Shown here in pieces: positions 24,976 through 34,868 of a DNA stretch of 40,024 bases. Origin of the DNA: a virus (lineage: Duplodnaviria > Caudoviricetes); the IMG/VR virus record IMGVR_UViG_3300044657_001119, positions 1-40,024 of that record; one strand, 5' to 3'. Numbering within the stretch: the stretch's first letter is position 1; each line of letters opens with the position of its first letter. The position numbers and the translations under genes are program-made. The notes under the pieces are model-generated. The model made no database searches. It saw only the letters and a list, made by a program, of their open reading frames with translations, and was not told the origin of the DNA.

Positions 24976-26457
24976 TCAATAAAAAACCTTGTGTGTACCA
25001 CCGAGTAGAGACGAGCCGATGATGAAGTAACCGGGTGACGTAGCGTAGGGATACAGCGTCGCCGCATCGACCAAGTCAATCGTCGTGTGTTTGAAGCCGC
25101 TGGAATCCCACTGCCAGGATAGCCCGGTGATGTACGCGGTGCGGTTGCCGGCCGCCAACATGATGGTGTCGGAGATGGTCACCAAGTCGCCGATTTTGCG
25201 CTCCGGGTTGCCAACGACGTTGCTCAACTGGTACTTGAGCCGCACACCTTGCGAGTAGTCACGCATCATTTCAGCCAGCGCCGCCGCTTGGGCCGGGGTC
25301 TGCACGTAGGGGTTACCGGTAAACCGCCGCACCCGGCGGCTGCGACCGCTCCAAAATGACGTATTGCTGGTCGCTGTTTCCTCGTGCTGATTGCCGCCGG
25401 CCAACTGCGCCCCGGTGATACTCACCTGTTGCAAGACGATGGCATAACTGTTCGTGTTGGCGACGGTGAATGTCGCTCGCTGCGCGCACCAGGTTGGTGA
25501 GGAGACCGTTACGTTGCTGGTTACCCGACGCCCGCCATGCGTCACCACCGTGTAATTCAGCGTGCCGTTGACGCCCGCCAACGGTTGACGCAGTGGCGCA
25601 ACAATGGTTCGTGTGGTACTCGCAGGAACCACGATCGGCCCGTCCGGTGTCCACAGGCTGCCAACCGGCCCCGCTGTACGGGCAGCGGCAACCACGGTGA
25701 TGTCCGAAAACAAATCGCCGTCATCGAGTAGAATCGACAATCGGTTGTAATCCGTGGTGCGGCTGTAGGTTTGCTGGCTGGTCGTGTGCGGGCTGGTTAA
25801 CCAGTGGAACGCATTTTCATAGCAGAACTGGCCATCGACATCAACGTAAAACCGCCCGCCACAGGCCGATGCCAACTGCCAACAATCCTCAATCACGCTT
25901 TCATCGTCGAGCCATGACCATGGAATCTGAAATAGTCCAGGGTCGCACTGGATATCAAGCACGCTCACGCCTGCGGTGTCCAGCCAGTATTCAATGATGG
26001 TCGCCTCATCCTGGCCCGCCATTAACGCCATGTTGGCAATGGTCGTGCTTTGGCGGTCGTTGAGATACAACTCATCCATCGACCGCACAGTGAAAGTCAC
26101 CGTGCCCACATCACCCGTCGTTGGCGAAACTTCGCTTGGCAGCTTCAGGACACCGGTGAACGTGCGCACCCAGGAGCCGCCGTTGACCTGGACAGAAAAC
26201 CGAGCCGGCCGATGGTACGCTTTGCCGTCTCGGATATCGTCGTAGAGGTCGCCAGAGGAATTTAGCGGATTGTACCTGCGGGCGTTGTCGTAGAGCGTGA
26301 CCGTCATGGAATCCGCCGTGCCACGAGAGGCGAACAGCGCAGCCGCAGCCGGCGTCAATGACAACGACGCCCGAGCCGATATCAGGTTGGCGGATTCATC
26401 GATAAAGTTTGTGCCATCCCATGCCACTTCAAACTTTGCCGCAACGGTGCGCCCCAT
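24976..26457 (-). CDS. Tail tip / baseplate hub protein
   Basis: 493 aa beta-rich; LASACGGRFYVDVDGQFCY and GNPERKIGDLVTI hub-like motifs; synteny. Confidence 0.75.
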   Translation of the reverse strand: MGRTVAAKFEVAWDGTNFIDESANLISARASLSLTPAAAALFASRGTADSMTVTLYDNARRYNPLNSSGDLYDDIRDGKAYHRPARFSVQVNGGSWVRTFTGVLKLPSEVSPTTGDVGTVTFTVRSMDELYLNDRQSTTIANMALMAGQDEATIIEYWLDTAGVSVLDIQCDPGLFQIPWSWLDDESVIEDCWQLASACGGRFYVDVDGQFCYENAFHWLTSPHTTSQQTYSRTTDYNRLSILLDDGDLFSDITVVAAARTAGPVGSLWTPDGPIVVPASTTRTIVAPLRQPLAGVNGTLNYTVVTHGGRRVTSNVTVSSPTWCAQRATFTVANTNSYAIVLQQVSITGAQLAGGNQHEETATSNTSFWSGRSRRVRRFTGNPYVQTPAQAAALAEMMRDYSQGVRLKYQLSNVVGNPERKIGDLVTISDTIMLAAGNRTAYITGLSWQWDSSGFKHTTIDLVDAATLYPYATSPGYFIIGSSLLGGTHKVFY

Positions 26458-26460
26458 CCG

Positions 26461-26826
26461 TTACACCTCTTCCAGCCGCATTGTCGTTGACCACAGAAAC
26501 ACACTGCCGCTCTTTGCCACTGCCGACCATTCCAACGTCGGTTGGTCTTCCGCCCGCATCACCGTTGCCGTGACACCATCGGGTGTGGTCAATGACGCCG
26601 AGGCGCTGGCAACCGTGGCGTAGGCCGTGTTGATGGTGTCCCGGTTGGCTTCGGACACATTGCGCCACGACAGTTCAAAAGTGCGCTTGACGGTAGCCGT
26701 CACCAGGTCATAGGCAACCGTGCCAGAGCCGAGCCGCACAGCGCCGCCGCGATAGCCACGCTGATAGCGATATTCGCTGCATTGCGGCATGGTCGTGCCG
26801 CCCAAGGCCGGGGTCGTGAACGCCAT
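26461..26826 (-). CDS. Distal-tail-like protein
   Basis: 121 aa immediately after the tape measure gene; KRTFELSW...MRLEEV. Confidence 0.65.
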   Translation of the reverse strand: MAFTTPALGGTTMPQCSEYRYQRGYRGGAVRLGSGTVAYDLVTATVKRTFELSWRNVSEANRDTINTAYATVASASASLTTPDGVTATVMRAEDQPTLEWSAVAKSGSVFLWSTTMRLEEV

Positions 26827-29189
26827 TACAATGCCCCCTCTGCGCTGCCTTCCGCATTAATCTTGGCCCGCACACCCGGCGTCACCAGGTCAACCAACAG
26901 CCCCACGAGCGTTGCCGGAACATTGCTTTCGACGTAAGCAAGGAAGGCGTTACCCCAGCTTTTGCCCGCCGTGGTGCCGGTGCCCTGGATCTTGCCGATC
27001 AGCGCCGCATTGCCTAGTTCATCTTCAATGCCGCTGCCAACGCCCGTTTCACCGATGCCCAGCGCCCCGCCGACCGCTGCGCTGATTTGCGCCGGGTCCA
27101 TGCCCGCCATTTCGGCCTGCAACTCTGCGGTGATCTCCTGTGCCAAGGCGGCCATGTTTGCGTCACCAACCAACATGGCCTTGACGCGTTCCTTGACCAT
27201 GTCCTGGTTGATGAGCTCCGGCCGTAGCCCCGCCTCGAAATCTTGCAGCATGGCCGCCGCCCCGGCTTTGATGTCGCCGCCGGCGGTCATCTGCTGGAAC
27301 AATGCCGGAAACTCACTTTGGAAATAGCTGGCCCATGGCGAGGAAAAACCATTGACCATGACGTCGGCCAAACGCCGGGCATCTTCGTTCAGCGCATCCT
27401 CACGAGGCAAGAGCGACGATGGGTCAGGTCCGATGCCAACGTCAAGGGCGCCAGATAAAAGCCCCTGCACTTTGCTCCCGATACCATCCAAGGCGTCAAA
27501 GCCCTCCAGTGAGGAAGCCGCCCCGCCTGCACTGTAAGAAAACGTGTCGAAAGTCTCACTCAGGGCAGCGAAGCCATCTTTCAGTGCATACGCCTTGGGG
27601 GTGATACCCGTCAAGTCGTAGTTAATCTTCTCCCACTTGTCCATGCGGTTGGGGCCACCGCCTGACATGGCAACGTCACGCAGCGCACCGGCCAAACCAC
27701 GAAGAGGGCCGATGGCCCCGGCGCTATTTGCACCCGCATTTGCTGCACTTCGAGCGTAGTTGTTCAGGCTGTTAGCGGCGTCTCTCGCTGCCCCAACCTG
27801 CCCATTTAGCCAGTCAATGATGCTGTAGTTAATCTCTTGGCTGCTCATGCCCAAGGCCTGGTAAATGCCTATCAGTTCCAACAGTTGACCCTTTAGCCGG
27901 TCGTTCATTTCCAGCGCAGCCCCGGCTCCAACGTCGGAGATTAGACCCTTCGTGAGACTGTCAATCTGCGCCGTGTAGGTTTGGATCATGGCAGCTTGCG
28001 CCGCGTCCGCTTCGCTGATAATCGACGCTACGTTGGCTCGGGTCTGCTCCAACAAAGCCGCCTGCGCAGCCATCCATTGTGCCGCTTGGTCTTGCCCTGA
28101 CTGGAAGTTATCCTGTTCGCCTATGACGCTCTTGGCCTGTGCCATCCGTGCCAGTGCGGAAACCGCCGCCTCGAGTTCTGTTCGATACTCTTTGATGGCC
28201 AGTAGTTGCGGACCAAAGTCTAGGGAGCGTTGCACATCTTCCGGCAACGCCTCGAACCCTGCAACACCGCCAACCGATGCCATTTGCGCCTCGGTCTCTG
28301 CCATCAACGATTGAAGGCTTTGAACCTTGCGGATCTGGTTTTCAATGGCCGTGTTCATTTGCTGCGCAGAGGTTGGGTCAAACAGCGCAGCCGTAGCGTT
28401 GGCAATGTTCCCGGCAGTGTCGGCAAAGGCAGACATGGGACCGGCTAGGGCAATGCCAAGTGCATCAGTCAGGTTTTTGATACCCGATTCCATGCGGGCG
28501 AATGCCCCTGCGCTACTGTCGGCGGCCATCTCCGCTTCCTTGGCGGCGTTCGGCGCAGAGGCCATCATTTCGTTGAGAAATGCTTGGCGCTGTTCGGCCT
28601 GCGTCAACGCATCGGCCGTTTTGCCCAGCGTCGCCGCGTAGGTGGCATAGGCTTTTTCTGCCGAGACGGTGACGCCCAGGTTGTCAAGGATCATGGGGGA
28701 GAGACGCCCAACGCCCGTGACCAGGTCGTTGAAGGCCTGCGTGGCCGTGATGCCCATCTTCGCAGCCTGCGCCATCGACAATTGAATGAGGCTGGCCATC
28801 TCCTGCCCAGAGTTGGCCACACCAAACGACATGGCACGGTTGGCAGCCAGAATCAGGTCAGTGTTGGCAATCGTGCCCCCGCTGGCCCGCTGCATCGCCG
28901 CCAACATCTCTTCCGACGATTGCCCGGCGGCTTGCGCCATCATGTCAAACGACGCGCTCAGGGCTTCGGCTTTGGCCCCGGCCGATGCCAGATCCATGGC
29001 TGCCGACGCCCCGCCAACGGCAGCGAATGCCCCGCCGATGGCCCCCATGACCGGCAACAGCTTGCCAAATGAACCGGAGAGACCGCCAACCGTTGGCTGC
29101 ATATTATCCAACGACGTGCCAACCTTGTTGATGGTGGCACTGGCGTTGTCTCTGGCTTCCAGCAGAATCCTTACGCGCTCATCAGCCAT
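26826..29189 (-). CDS. Tape measure protein
   Basis: VRILLEARDNASATI N-terminus, GRLSPMILDNLG motif, Ala/Gly-rich helical 787 aa. Confidence 0.9.
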   Translation of the reverse strand: MADERVRILLEARDNASATINKVGTSLDNMQPTVGGLSGSFGKLLPVMGAIGGAFAAVGGASAAMDLASAGAKAEALSASFDMMAQAAGQSSEEMLAAMQRASGGTIANTDLILAANRAMSFGVANSGQEMASLIQLSMAQAAKMGITATQAFNDLVTGVGRLSPMILDNLGVTVSAEKAYATYAATLGKTADALTQAEQRQAFLNEMMASAPNAAKEAEMAADSSAGAFARMESGIKNLTDALGIALAGPMSAFADTAGNIANATAALFDPTSAQQMNTAIENQIRKVQSLQSLMAETEAQMASVGGVAGFEALPEDVQRSLDFGPQLLAIKEYRTELEAAVSALARMAQAKSVIGEQDNFQSGQDQAAQWMAAQAALLEQTRANVASIISEADAAQAAMIQTYTAQIDSLTKGLISDVGAGAALEMNDRLKGQLLELIGIYQALGMSSQEINYSIIDWLNGQVGAARDAANSLNNYARSAANAGANSAGAIGPLRGLAGALRDVAMSGGGPNRMDKWEKINYDLTGITPKAYALKDGFAALSETFDTFSYSAGGAASSLEGFDALDGIGSKVQGLLSGALDVGIGPDPSSLLPREDALNEDARRLADVMVNGFSSPWASYFQSEFPALFQQMTAGGDIKAGAAAMLQDFEAGLRPELINQDMVKERVKAMLVGDANMAALAQEITAELQAEMAGMDPAQISAAVGGALGIGETGVGSGIEDELGNAALIGKIQGTGTTAGKSWGNAFLAYVESNVPATLVGLLVDLVTPGVRAKINAEGSAEGAL

Positions 29190-29484
29190 GCGTTGCCTCT
29201 AAGAGCAAATCATTGTCCCGAATCTCTGCCCAGTCCCGTTCGCTCAAATCCGAAGCGGTCAGGCTGCCACCGTGAAACGCCGTAACTTTCGCCTCGAGGT
29301 CAATCAAGTGTTGCGCTTCGATGGCCCGTTGGTAGCGCATCCAATCCATACGGTCCAGCTCATCCAGCGTGCGACCGGGGAAGCGCTTCAACAGCCATGC
29401 GTCTATGACTGCGGCGTTGGGCTCAGGGCGGACATCGTCTTCGGCCCGAAGGTAGCGAAGGACGCCCGCCCTGACGCGTTTCCC
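29182..29484 (-). CDS. Tail assembly chaperone, frameshift extension (gpGT-like)
   Basis: A -1 shift at G GGA AAC (29484-29478) enters GKRVRAGVLRYLRAEDD...; ends overlapping the tape measure start. Confidence 0.75.
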   Translation of the reverse strand, partial: GKRVRAGVLRYLRAEDDVRPEPNAAVIDAWLLKRFPGRTLDELDRMDWMRYQRAIEAQHLIDLEAKVTAFHGGSLTASDLSERDWAEIRDNDLLLEATHG

Positions 29485-29768
29485 AAGGCACGCAAATGGT
29501 TGCACGCCTGGTACAACGCCCGCTCGACAAAGCCGGTGAGTTGCAAGCTCATGGTGTCGAGCGTGTCCATCGTGACCGCCTGCGGGTCCGTGATGTACTC
29601 GCCCGTCGCCGTTGACAATTTGACGCCCGTCACCTTGCGCCGGAACCACACCAGGTACTCTTCAAGGTCAGTGACATTCGACAGTTGGCGGTATTCGCCC
29701 CTTGTCCAGTCGTCAGCCACATCGATGAAATTGTCTGTCAGCCCTTCGATGCTGCACTCTACACGCAT
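29403..29768 (-). CDS. Tail assembly chaperone (gpG-like)
   Basis: Between tail tube and tape measure; contains the slippery heptamer in frame (TTG GGA AAC). Confidence 0.8.
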   Translation of the reverse strand: MRVECSIEGLTDNFIDVADDWTRGEYRQLSNVTDLEEYLVWFRRKVTGVKLSTATGEYITDPQAVTMDTLDTMSLQLTGFVERALYQACNHLRALGNASGRASFATFGPKTMSALSPTPQS

Positions 29769-29771
29769 AGG

Positions 29772-30173
29772 CTAACTCCGTGTCGGTGCGCCGCTGATTT
29801 CCAGCGTACCCGACCAAGTGATCATGCCCTTCGGATCCGCCTTGATCGAGTAGTTGGACACAAAGGCCGAACCGCTGGCCCACGTGTAGGTCGCCCGGTT
29901 GGAGACCGGCCCAAACACAATGACGAGCGCCCGTTTGGTCGTGGGCGGTGTGACGGCATCGGGCCCCAGCGCATTGTCCAAGGCGATGTCCCAGTTGCCG
30001 CCCAAATCCACTTTCCATTTAGCCGAACCCGGCGTCGATTCTTCGGCCGTGCTGCCAAAATGGGTTGTGTCAATGGCAGCCACCACGGCGTCCAACTGTT
30101 GCGTGTTGCAGTAGTTGGTCAGTGCCACCGCGTTGTAGGTGGCTGTTACGTTCCCCATGCCTTTTGCTGGCAT
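29772..30173 (-). CDS. Tail tube protein
   Basis: IDTTHFGS..ESTPG..WKVDLGG...AFVSNYSI...ITWSGTLEISGAPT. Confidence 0.8.
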   Translation of the reverse strand: MPAKGMGNVTATYNAVALTNYCNTQQLDAVVAAIDTTHFGSTAEESTPGSAKWKVDLGGNWDIALDNALGPDAVTPPTTKRALVIVFGPVSNRATYTWASGSAFVSNYSIKADPKGMITWSGTLEISGAPTRS

Positions 30174-30182
30174 ATCAAACTC

Positions 30183-30911
30183 CTATCCGGTGACACCGGT
30201 TGAACAGATGACGCCTGCGATACTAAAACCAGTGGCGCCGCCCAGACTTGTTACGTTGAAACGAAGATGACGCCCCGTGGCGCCGGACCAGGTAGTGGTG
30301 TAGGAACCCACCGCCGAGAAGGTCAATGTGGCGTAGGTCGATGGTCCGACAAAGCCCGACGTGGAGCCGCCCTGCACCGTCACCGTGGCGTTGGTCGCCG
30401 TACCAGTGATGGAGGTGACATGAATGATGGCAAAGCCGCCATTGGCCCCCGTCGCCCCGGCGTCGTAACCCGTCTGTGCACCGGTCGCAGAAATGGCCGT
30501 CAACGGCAGCGCCACCCCCCGCCGGAACACGTCGCTTGCCGCCCATTTGCCGGTGATGGTCATGAGCTCTTTCACCGGCATGTTGACGTTCATGGATTCA
30601 GCGTAGGTGTCGGCCACCACATAGCCGATCGGGATGGTGGCGCTTACCCCCAGGATCACCGACACATCGGCGTCGCCTGTGCCCAACCGGCTGTACATCT
30701 CCGGTTCGAGACTGCCCACTGCTGCACCCGTCATGTAGCCATTGTGCGCAATGGTCGCCATCGCCGTACCCGGTTCGGTGACCTCCGTCGGACTGTTCAG
30801 CACCGGGTAGTCCAACACGCCAACGGCCGCGGTGATTTCCACGCTACTACTTGAGCCGGAGAAATCAAACTTGTCTACGAAAATTCTTACGTCGCTGCCC
30901 TTGGTTGGCAT
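30183..30911 (-). CDS. Second tail-tube-like protein with a C-terminal beta-sandwich extension
   Basis: The first ~125 aa follow the tail-tube strand pattern; Thr/Gly-rich beta domain after. Confidence 0.6.
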   Translation of the reverse strand: MPTKGSDVRIFVDKFDFSGSSSSVEITAAVGVLDYPVLNSPTEVTEPGTAMATIAHNGYMTGAAVGSLEPEMYSRLGTGDADVSVILGVSATIPIGYVVADTYAESMNVNMPVKELMTITGKWAASDVFRRGVALPLTAISATGAQTGYDAGATGANGGFAIIHVTSITGTATNATVTVQGGSTSGFVGPSTYATLTFSAVGSYTTTWSGATGRHLRFNVTSLGGATGFSIAGVICSTGVTG

Positions 30912-30920
30912 GCTACCCCC

Positions 30921-31187
30921 TTAATCACCCTGCAATTCTTCAAGTCTGCGCTCAAGCGTATTGACCTTTTGAGTCAATGACAGGAGAGCGCCCGCCAGTT
31001 CATTCAGTCGTTGCGTGCTCGTGCGGTTGTCGCTCACCGCCCCGGCGCTGTGGCAATCGACCGGCTTGCGTACCACTGGCGCATAGGTCATGTCGTCGCC
31101 ATCTACATGGCGCAACTCATTGCGCAGCACCACCGGGTCACCGATGCCCGTCACTCGCAGATCGTGCAACTCGTGCGTATGCAGCAT
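30921..31187 (-). CDS. Hypothetical protein with C-terminal coiled coil
   Basis: ATG 31187 overlapping the upstream TAA. Confidence 0.5.
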   Translation of the reverse strand: MLHTHELHDLRVTGIGDPVVLRNELRHVDGDDMTYAPVVRKPVDCHSAGAVSDNRTSTQRLNELAGALLSLTQKVNTLERRLEELQGD

Positions 31188-31336
31188 TACGGCGTCTCCA
31201 GTAATGTTTTGCTGGCGTTGGTCAAGTCGCCGCCAAGAATCAGCGTCACCACAACGACCGTGGTCACCGCCACAATCAACACGATCTGCACGGTAGGCGA
31301 GAGGCCTACATACCAACTGCCGATACGTTTCAACAT
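31187..31336 (-). CDS. Small single-TM protein (49 aa, not in the ORF track)
   Basis: AGGAG RBS; MLKRIGSWYVGLSPTVQIVLIVAVTTVVVTLILGGDLTNASKTLLETP. Confidence 0.55.
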   Translation of the reverse strand: MLKRIGSWYVGLSPTVQIVLIVAVTTVVVVTLILGGDLTNASKTLLETP

Positions 31337-31344
31337 ATGCGCTC

Positions 31345-31737
31345 CTACATTGCCTCAACTTTGGCCACAACCTGCCAGTAGGATGTCTCGCTGATGGTGA
31401 CGTACTCCTGACTCAGTGACCAACGTGTCCAACCATCGTCAATCGTGCGCGCTTCGAGCGCCGCAATGATGGCGTCAATGATGGCGACGCACGTCGCAAA
31501 AGCCGTGGCGTAGGTGTTCATCGCCACCGGAGCCACAATGACCACCAGCTCCAGCGTATGGCGAGTCAATTCGTTGTCACCGCCAAAGGCCGACACTTCA
31601 TCCATCGACGTTGCCAGTCGCACATACGACAATGGCAGCGCCCCGGCGTTGACCACCTGTGGCGGCGCTGTCTGGGCCGTCGTGACGCCCGTCACCGTCA
31701 AGGCCGCCAACGCCGCTACCGTGGTTGCTAGCGTCAT
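31345..31737 (-). CDS. Tail terminator/completion protein
   Basis: 130 aa; size and synteny; ALPLSYV motif. Confidence 0.6.
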   Translation of the reverse strand: MTLATTVAALAALTVTGVTTAQTAPPQVVNAGALPLSYVRLATSMDEVSAFGGDNELTRHTLELVVIVAPVAMNTYATAFATCVAIIDAIIAALEARTIDDGWTRWSLSQEYVTISETSYWQVVAKVEAM

Positions 31738-32303
31738 GATGTCACCGCCATGCGATACAGCCGCAGGATATCAAGCACATCCGCCGGTATCCCCACGGGC
31801 GCAAGGGTCGCCGTACCAGTGAGGATGGCCCGGTCACCCTCGCCGCCGTTTTCCCGCAGTCGATAGAGAAACGCCGCCAACCGTATCGCTGCATGCACAA
31901 TGTCCGCCGGTGCACTGGCGCTGTACGCCCATTTGCCGACAACAGTGATGCGGTCCGCCGTGCTCGTGCCAGCCGTGAAGGCGCCGACCGTCGGGTCAAT
32001 GCGCAAGCCATAGTAAGGCGTCGTGTTGACTGGCATCGTCTGAATATCACTGACCGTAATGGCCGTGCCGTCGCCGTTGGTCACGCTCGTGATTGAACAC
32101 AGGTCGCCGCCAAACCACAGCACCCCGGCGTCAACGTCGTCACTGAAAAAGTAGCGGGTGGCGTCGCTGGCCTCAAACGTGCGTCCGGTGAACCGGTCAA
32201 TCATGGCCTGTGCGCGGACAATCAGCGCCGTGATGAGCGCATCGTCACCCGAGCCGGTAAGGCCAAGATATAGTTTGACCGCCGTGTTGTCCGTGTACGC
32301 CAT
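31734..32303 (-). CDS. Head-tail connector (adaptor) protein
   Basis: MAYT..VKLYLG..DDALITALI..A..IDRFTGR...PADIVHA...LRLYR. Confidence 0.85.
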   Translation of the reverse strand: MAYTDNTAVKLYLGLTGSGDDALITALIVRAQAMIDRFTGRTFEASDATRYFFSDDVDAGVLWFGGDLCSITSVTNGDGTAITVSDIQTMPVNTTPYYGLRIDPTVGAFTAGTSTADRITVVGKWAYSASAPADIVHAAIRLAAFLYRLRENGGEGDRAILTGTATLAPVGIPADVLDILRLYRMAVTS

Positions 32304-32304
32304 G

Positions 32305-32493
32305 TTATTTCGCCTTCTGCTTTGCCGCAGGTGCAACCGTGCGCGGCGGCAAGACCTTGACCGCCTGGCGCTCTACCAGTGCCACCGCGTCGGAGTCCGC
32401 AAACTCCGCAATGTCGCCAGCCTGGTAGAAACGCTCCCCGGTGAGCTTGCCCCGATAGTCCCGCACGAATTGCACCTGCGTCATAGTTTTCAC
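32305..32493 (-). CDS. Small head-associated protein
   Basis: 62 aa after the capsid gene; YQAGDIAEF..A..LVERQA pattern. Confidence 0.6.
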   Translation of the reverse strand: MKTMTQVQFVRDYRGKLTGERFYQAGDIAEFADSDAVALVERQAVKVLPPRTVAPAAKQKAK

Positions 32494-32517
32494 CCGCTTA
32501 GCGCCGCAGCGCCATGG

Positions 32518-34455
32518 TTACACCGTCAGGTTGTAGCTGATTGCCGAGGCTTCGGTGTCCCGGTTGATGAGGCCGAAGCGCATCAGCGCCACAATCTCAG
32601 TCGAATCGGCCGCAGGAATGCGAGTCGATTCGATGGTCATGCGCCGCTTGTAACCGAACCGCCATTGGTCCCAGCGCACGGCCAAGATGCTGCCGGTCGT
32701 GCCGTTGGTCGGGGTGGCGCCGTCTACCTTGCCGCTGGCCAACGCCAAGCGGGTTGTGGCCGCCTTGTGCATGTGGTGCGACACGTAGATCGGGAATCCG
32801 TAGATGGCTGCGAGCAACCCATTTTCGATGGTCGCCGGGTTGAAGATGTCGCGGCTTTTCACGTCGGCCAGCTCCAGCGCCTTGAAGTGCACGGCGCTGT
32901 TGATGATGAACGCCGTCTTGTTTTTGTCAGCATTGACGCCGCCAACGCCCATGAGCTTGACGGTTTCAAGGAAATCACTGGAAGCCAGCGTGCCACCGTC
33001 ACGGCTGTTGGCGGTGTTGGTGACCAAGGCCAGCTTGCGGAACCCATCGACCGTCATGAAATACTCGCTGCCGCCCGGCGTGCCAACGATGTAGTTGATG
33101 TTGGTCGTGGCCCCGGCCGCAGTGTCGCCGTCAATGACAGCCGCTTCCAGGTACTCAGCACCCGACGTGGTGAGCTGGCGACGCAGTTCCGAAACAAACG
33201 GAACCATCGAATCCTCTTCCATTTCACCGGTCCAAATGACGCGAGCGCCAAGTTTGGACAGGGTCATGGTGGCAGCCGCCGTGCCAAGGCGGGAGGCGGT
33301 GACGGTGTTGGTCGGAATGCCGCCGGGGTTGCTGCTCATGGCGGTTGCCTGCGCGACCTTGTACCAGATCGGATCAGTGGATTCCAGCGGAATCACCACG
33401 GATTCGGCGCCCTGGGGCACTTCGATGGTCGGAAGCATGGAAACGATGCGGGTCTCTTGGCGGATGGCTTCCCACAGGACGCCCGAGTACGCCACGCCCA
33501 CCCACTCGTCACCGTAGTTGGCGAGGGTCGAGTAGTTCAGTTCGTTGGCCTTCAAGCCGCGGGACTTGAACGATTTGACAGCATGCGACAGCGGTTCGCT
33601 CTTGCCGGTCTCGGCAGATTCGAGGCGCATCGCCAGCGCCTTGTAGGCGTCGGCAGTGGGGCCACTGCTGCGACCAACCGCCTTGGCGCTCTTGGTCGTT
33701 TCGATCAGCAAGGCCAGGTCGCCAGTGTCGATGTTGTCATACTTGCGGGTCTCGCCAGTAATGACAGCCGGTGCGACAACCTGGAAGCCCGCCGTGTTGA
33801 TGGGCGGTGCGGCAGCTTGCAGCGCCTTGATTTCCGCACTCTGTGCCGCCAACAGCGCGGCCATTTCTTCGAGAGTCATGATTGTTTTCCCTGCCGGTCT
33901 CGCCGGCTCGTCTTGTTCGGTTGTCGGTGTATCTGTCACGACTGCGGGCGACGCGGATTCCTCCGCCTGTGTCGCTGCCGCCTCGGTCGTTTCATTCTGT
34001 TCATCGCCCGTCACGCTCTTGATGCGTTCAACGCCCAGCGTGCGGGGTTCGGCCGGGGTCGGCGTCAAGCTCCACTCGATTACCGGCCATTGCGTAATCG
34101 ACTTGGCTTCTCGGCGTACCAGGTGGGGCACGCTGCCAGATGACCAGCCGATGACGCCGCGGTTGATGAGTTCCAGGACGGCGTCAACGTAGTCTTCGGA
34201 GCGCTTCAATTCGGCCTCTACCCATAGCCCGGTCTCATCTGCCGTCACGCTCTTGACCGTGCCGATCACGTGCGGGACGGCGGCGCTCATGGTGTGGTCG
34301 TAGCAAACTGGCTTCGCTGGCACGAGGTCCAACATGTAGTTGGTCGATTTCGTGAAGGTGTCGCCTTCCAGGTCAGCGCCGCCGAAAATGACGCCGTAGC
34401 CGGCGACGATGGCGGTATCTGCGGTCAATGCCTTGACGGTTACGGTGTTGTTCAT
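32518..34455 (-). CDS. Prohead protease fused to HK97-fold major capsid protein
   Basis: N-terminal GYGVIF..DLEGD, YDH, DETGLWVEA, GWSSG, EWSLTPTPAEP; linker; C-terminal capsid ending ALMRFG...AISYNLTV. Confidence 0.9.
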   Translation of the reverse strand: MNNTVTVKALTADTAIVAGYGVIFGGADLEGDTFTKSTNYMLDLVPAKPVCYDHTMSAAVPHVIGTVKSVTADETGLWVEAELKRSEDYVDAVLELINRGVIGWSSGSVPHLVRREAKSITQWPVIEWSLTPTPAEPRTLGVERIKSVTGDEQNETTEAAATQAEESASPAVVTDTPTTEQDEPARPAGKTIMTLEEMAALLAAQSAEIKALQAAAPPINTAGFQVVAPAVITGETRKYDNIDTGDLALLIETTKSAKAVGRSSGPTADAYKALAMRLESAETGKSEPLSHAVKSFKSRGLKANELNYSTLANYGDEWVGVAYSGVLWEAIRQETRIVSMLPTIEVPQGAESVVIPLESTDPIWYKVAQATAMSSNPGGIPTNTVTASRLGTAAATMTLSKLGARVIWTGEMEEDSMVPFVSELRRQLTTSGAEYLEAAVIDGDTAAGATTNINYIVGTPGGSEYFMTVDGFRKLALVTNTANSRDGGTLASSDFLETVKLMGVGGVNADKNKTAFIINSAVHFKALELADVKSRDIFNPATIENGLLAAIYGFPIYVSHHMHKAATTRLALASGKVDGATPTNGTTGSILAVRWDQWRFGYKRRMTIESTRIPAADSTEIVALMRFGLINRDTEASAISYNLTV

Positions 34456-34457
34456 GG

Positions 34458-34868
34458 TTATTCCTCCAACGCCCGCCGGATCACTCGCTGAAAATCAGCG
34501 ACAATGCCGGGCAGATATTTCGTCATGGCTTCCTTGTCAGTTATCCACCGCCGCTTATGGATCTTTGCTTGAAATTTGAAGTTTTGGACATATGGCGCAT
34601 AGCTGGCATTGTTGCCAACCGCCGCATAAATCGAGCCAGGTTCCGTGTACACTCGGTGCGTCCAACGCTTGCCCAACTGTTCGCTCTTGTCATCAATGCC
34701 ACGAAGGTATTGACTGTTAGGCGGTGGGGCAGGGTATTCCTGCATAGCCGCTTGTATTTCCAGAATCCCGCGCAGCATAGGCGGGCGCAAAATGTGCTGC
34801 ATTTGCAGACTGCCGAAACGCTGCACCAACTCATCAACCCCTTCGATGGTCGTAGAGACTACAATCAT
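34458..34868 (-). CDS. HK97 gp10-like neck/morphogenesis protein
   Basis: TIEGVDELVQRF...VGNNASYAPYVQ. Confidence 0.7.
   Translation of the reverse strand: MIVVSTTIEGVDELVQRFGSLQMQHILRPPMLRGILEIQAAMQEYPAPPPNSQYLRGIDDKSEQLGKRWTHRVYTEPGSIYAAVGNNASYAPYVQNFKFQAKIHKRRWITDKEAMTKYLPGIVADFQRVIRRALEE

Noticed and set aside
32158-34143. Long plus-strand ORFs (also 4077-5204, 8107-9090, 5757-6488, 23236-23946)
   Set aside because: Antisense shadows of GC-rich genes with clear motifs on the minus strand
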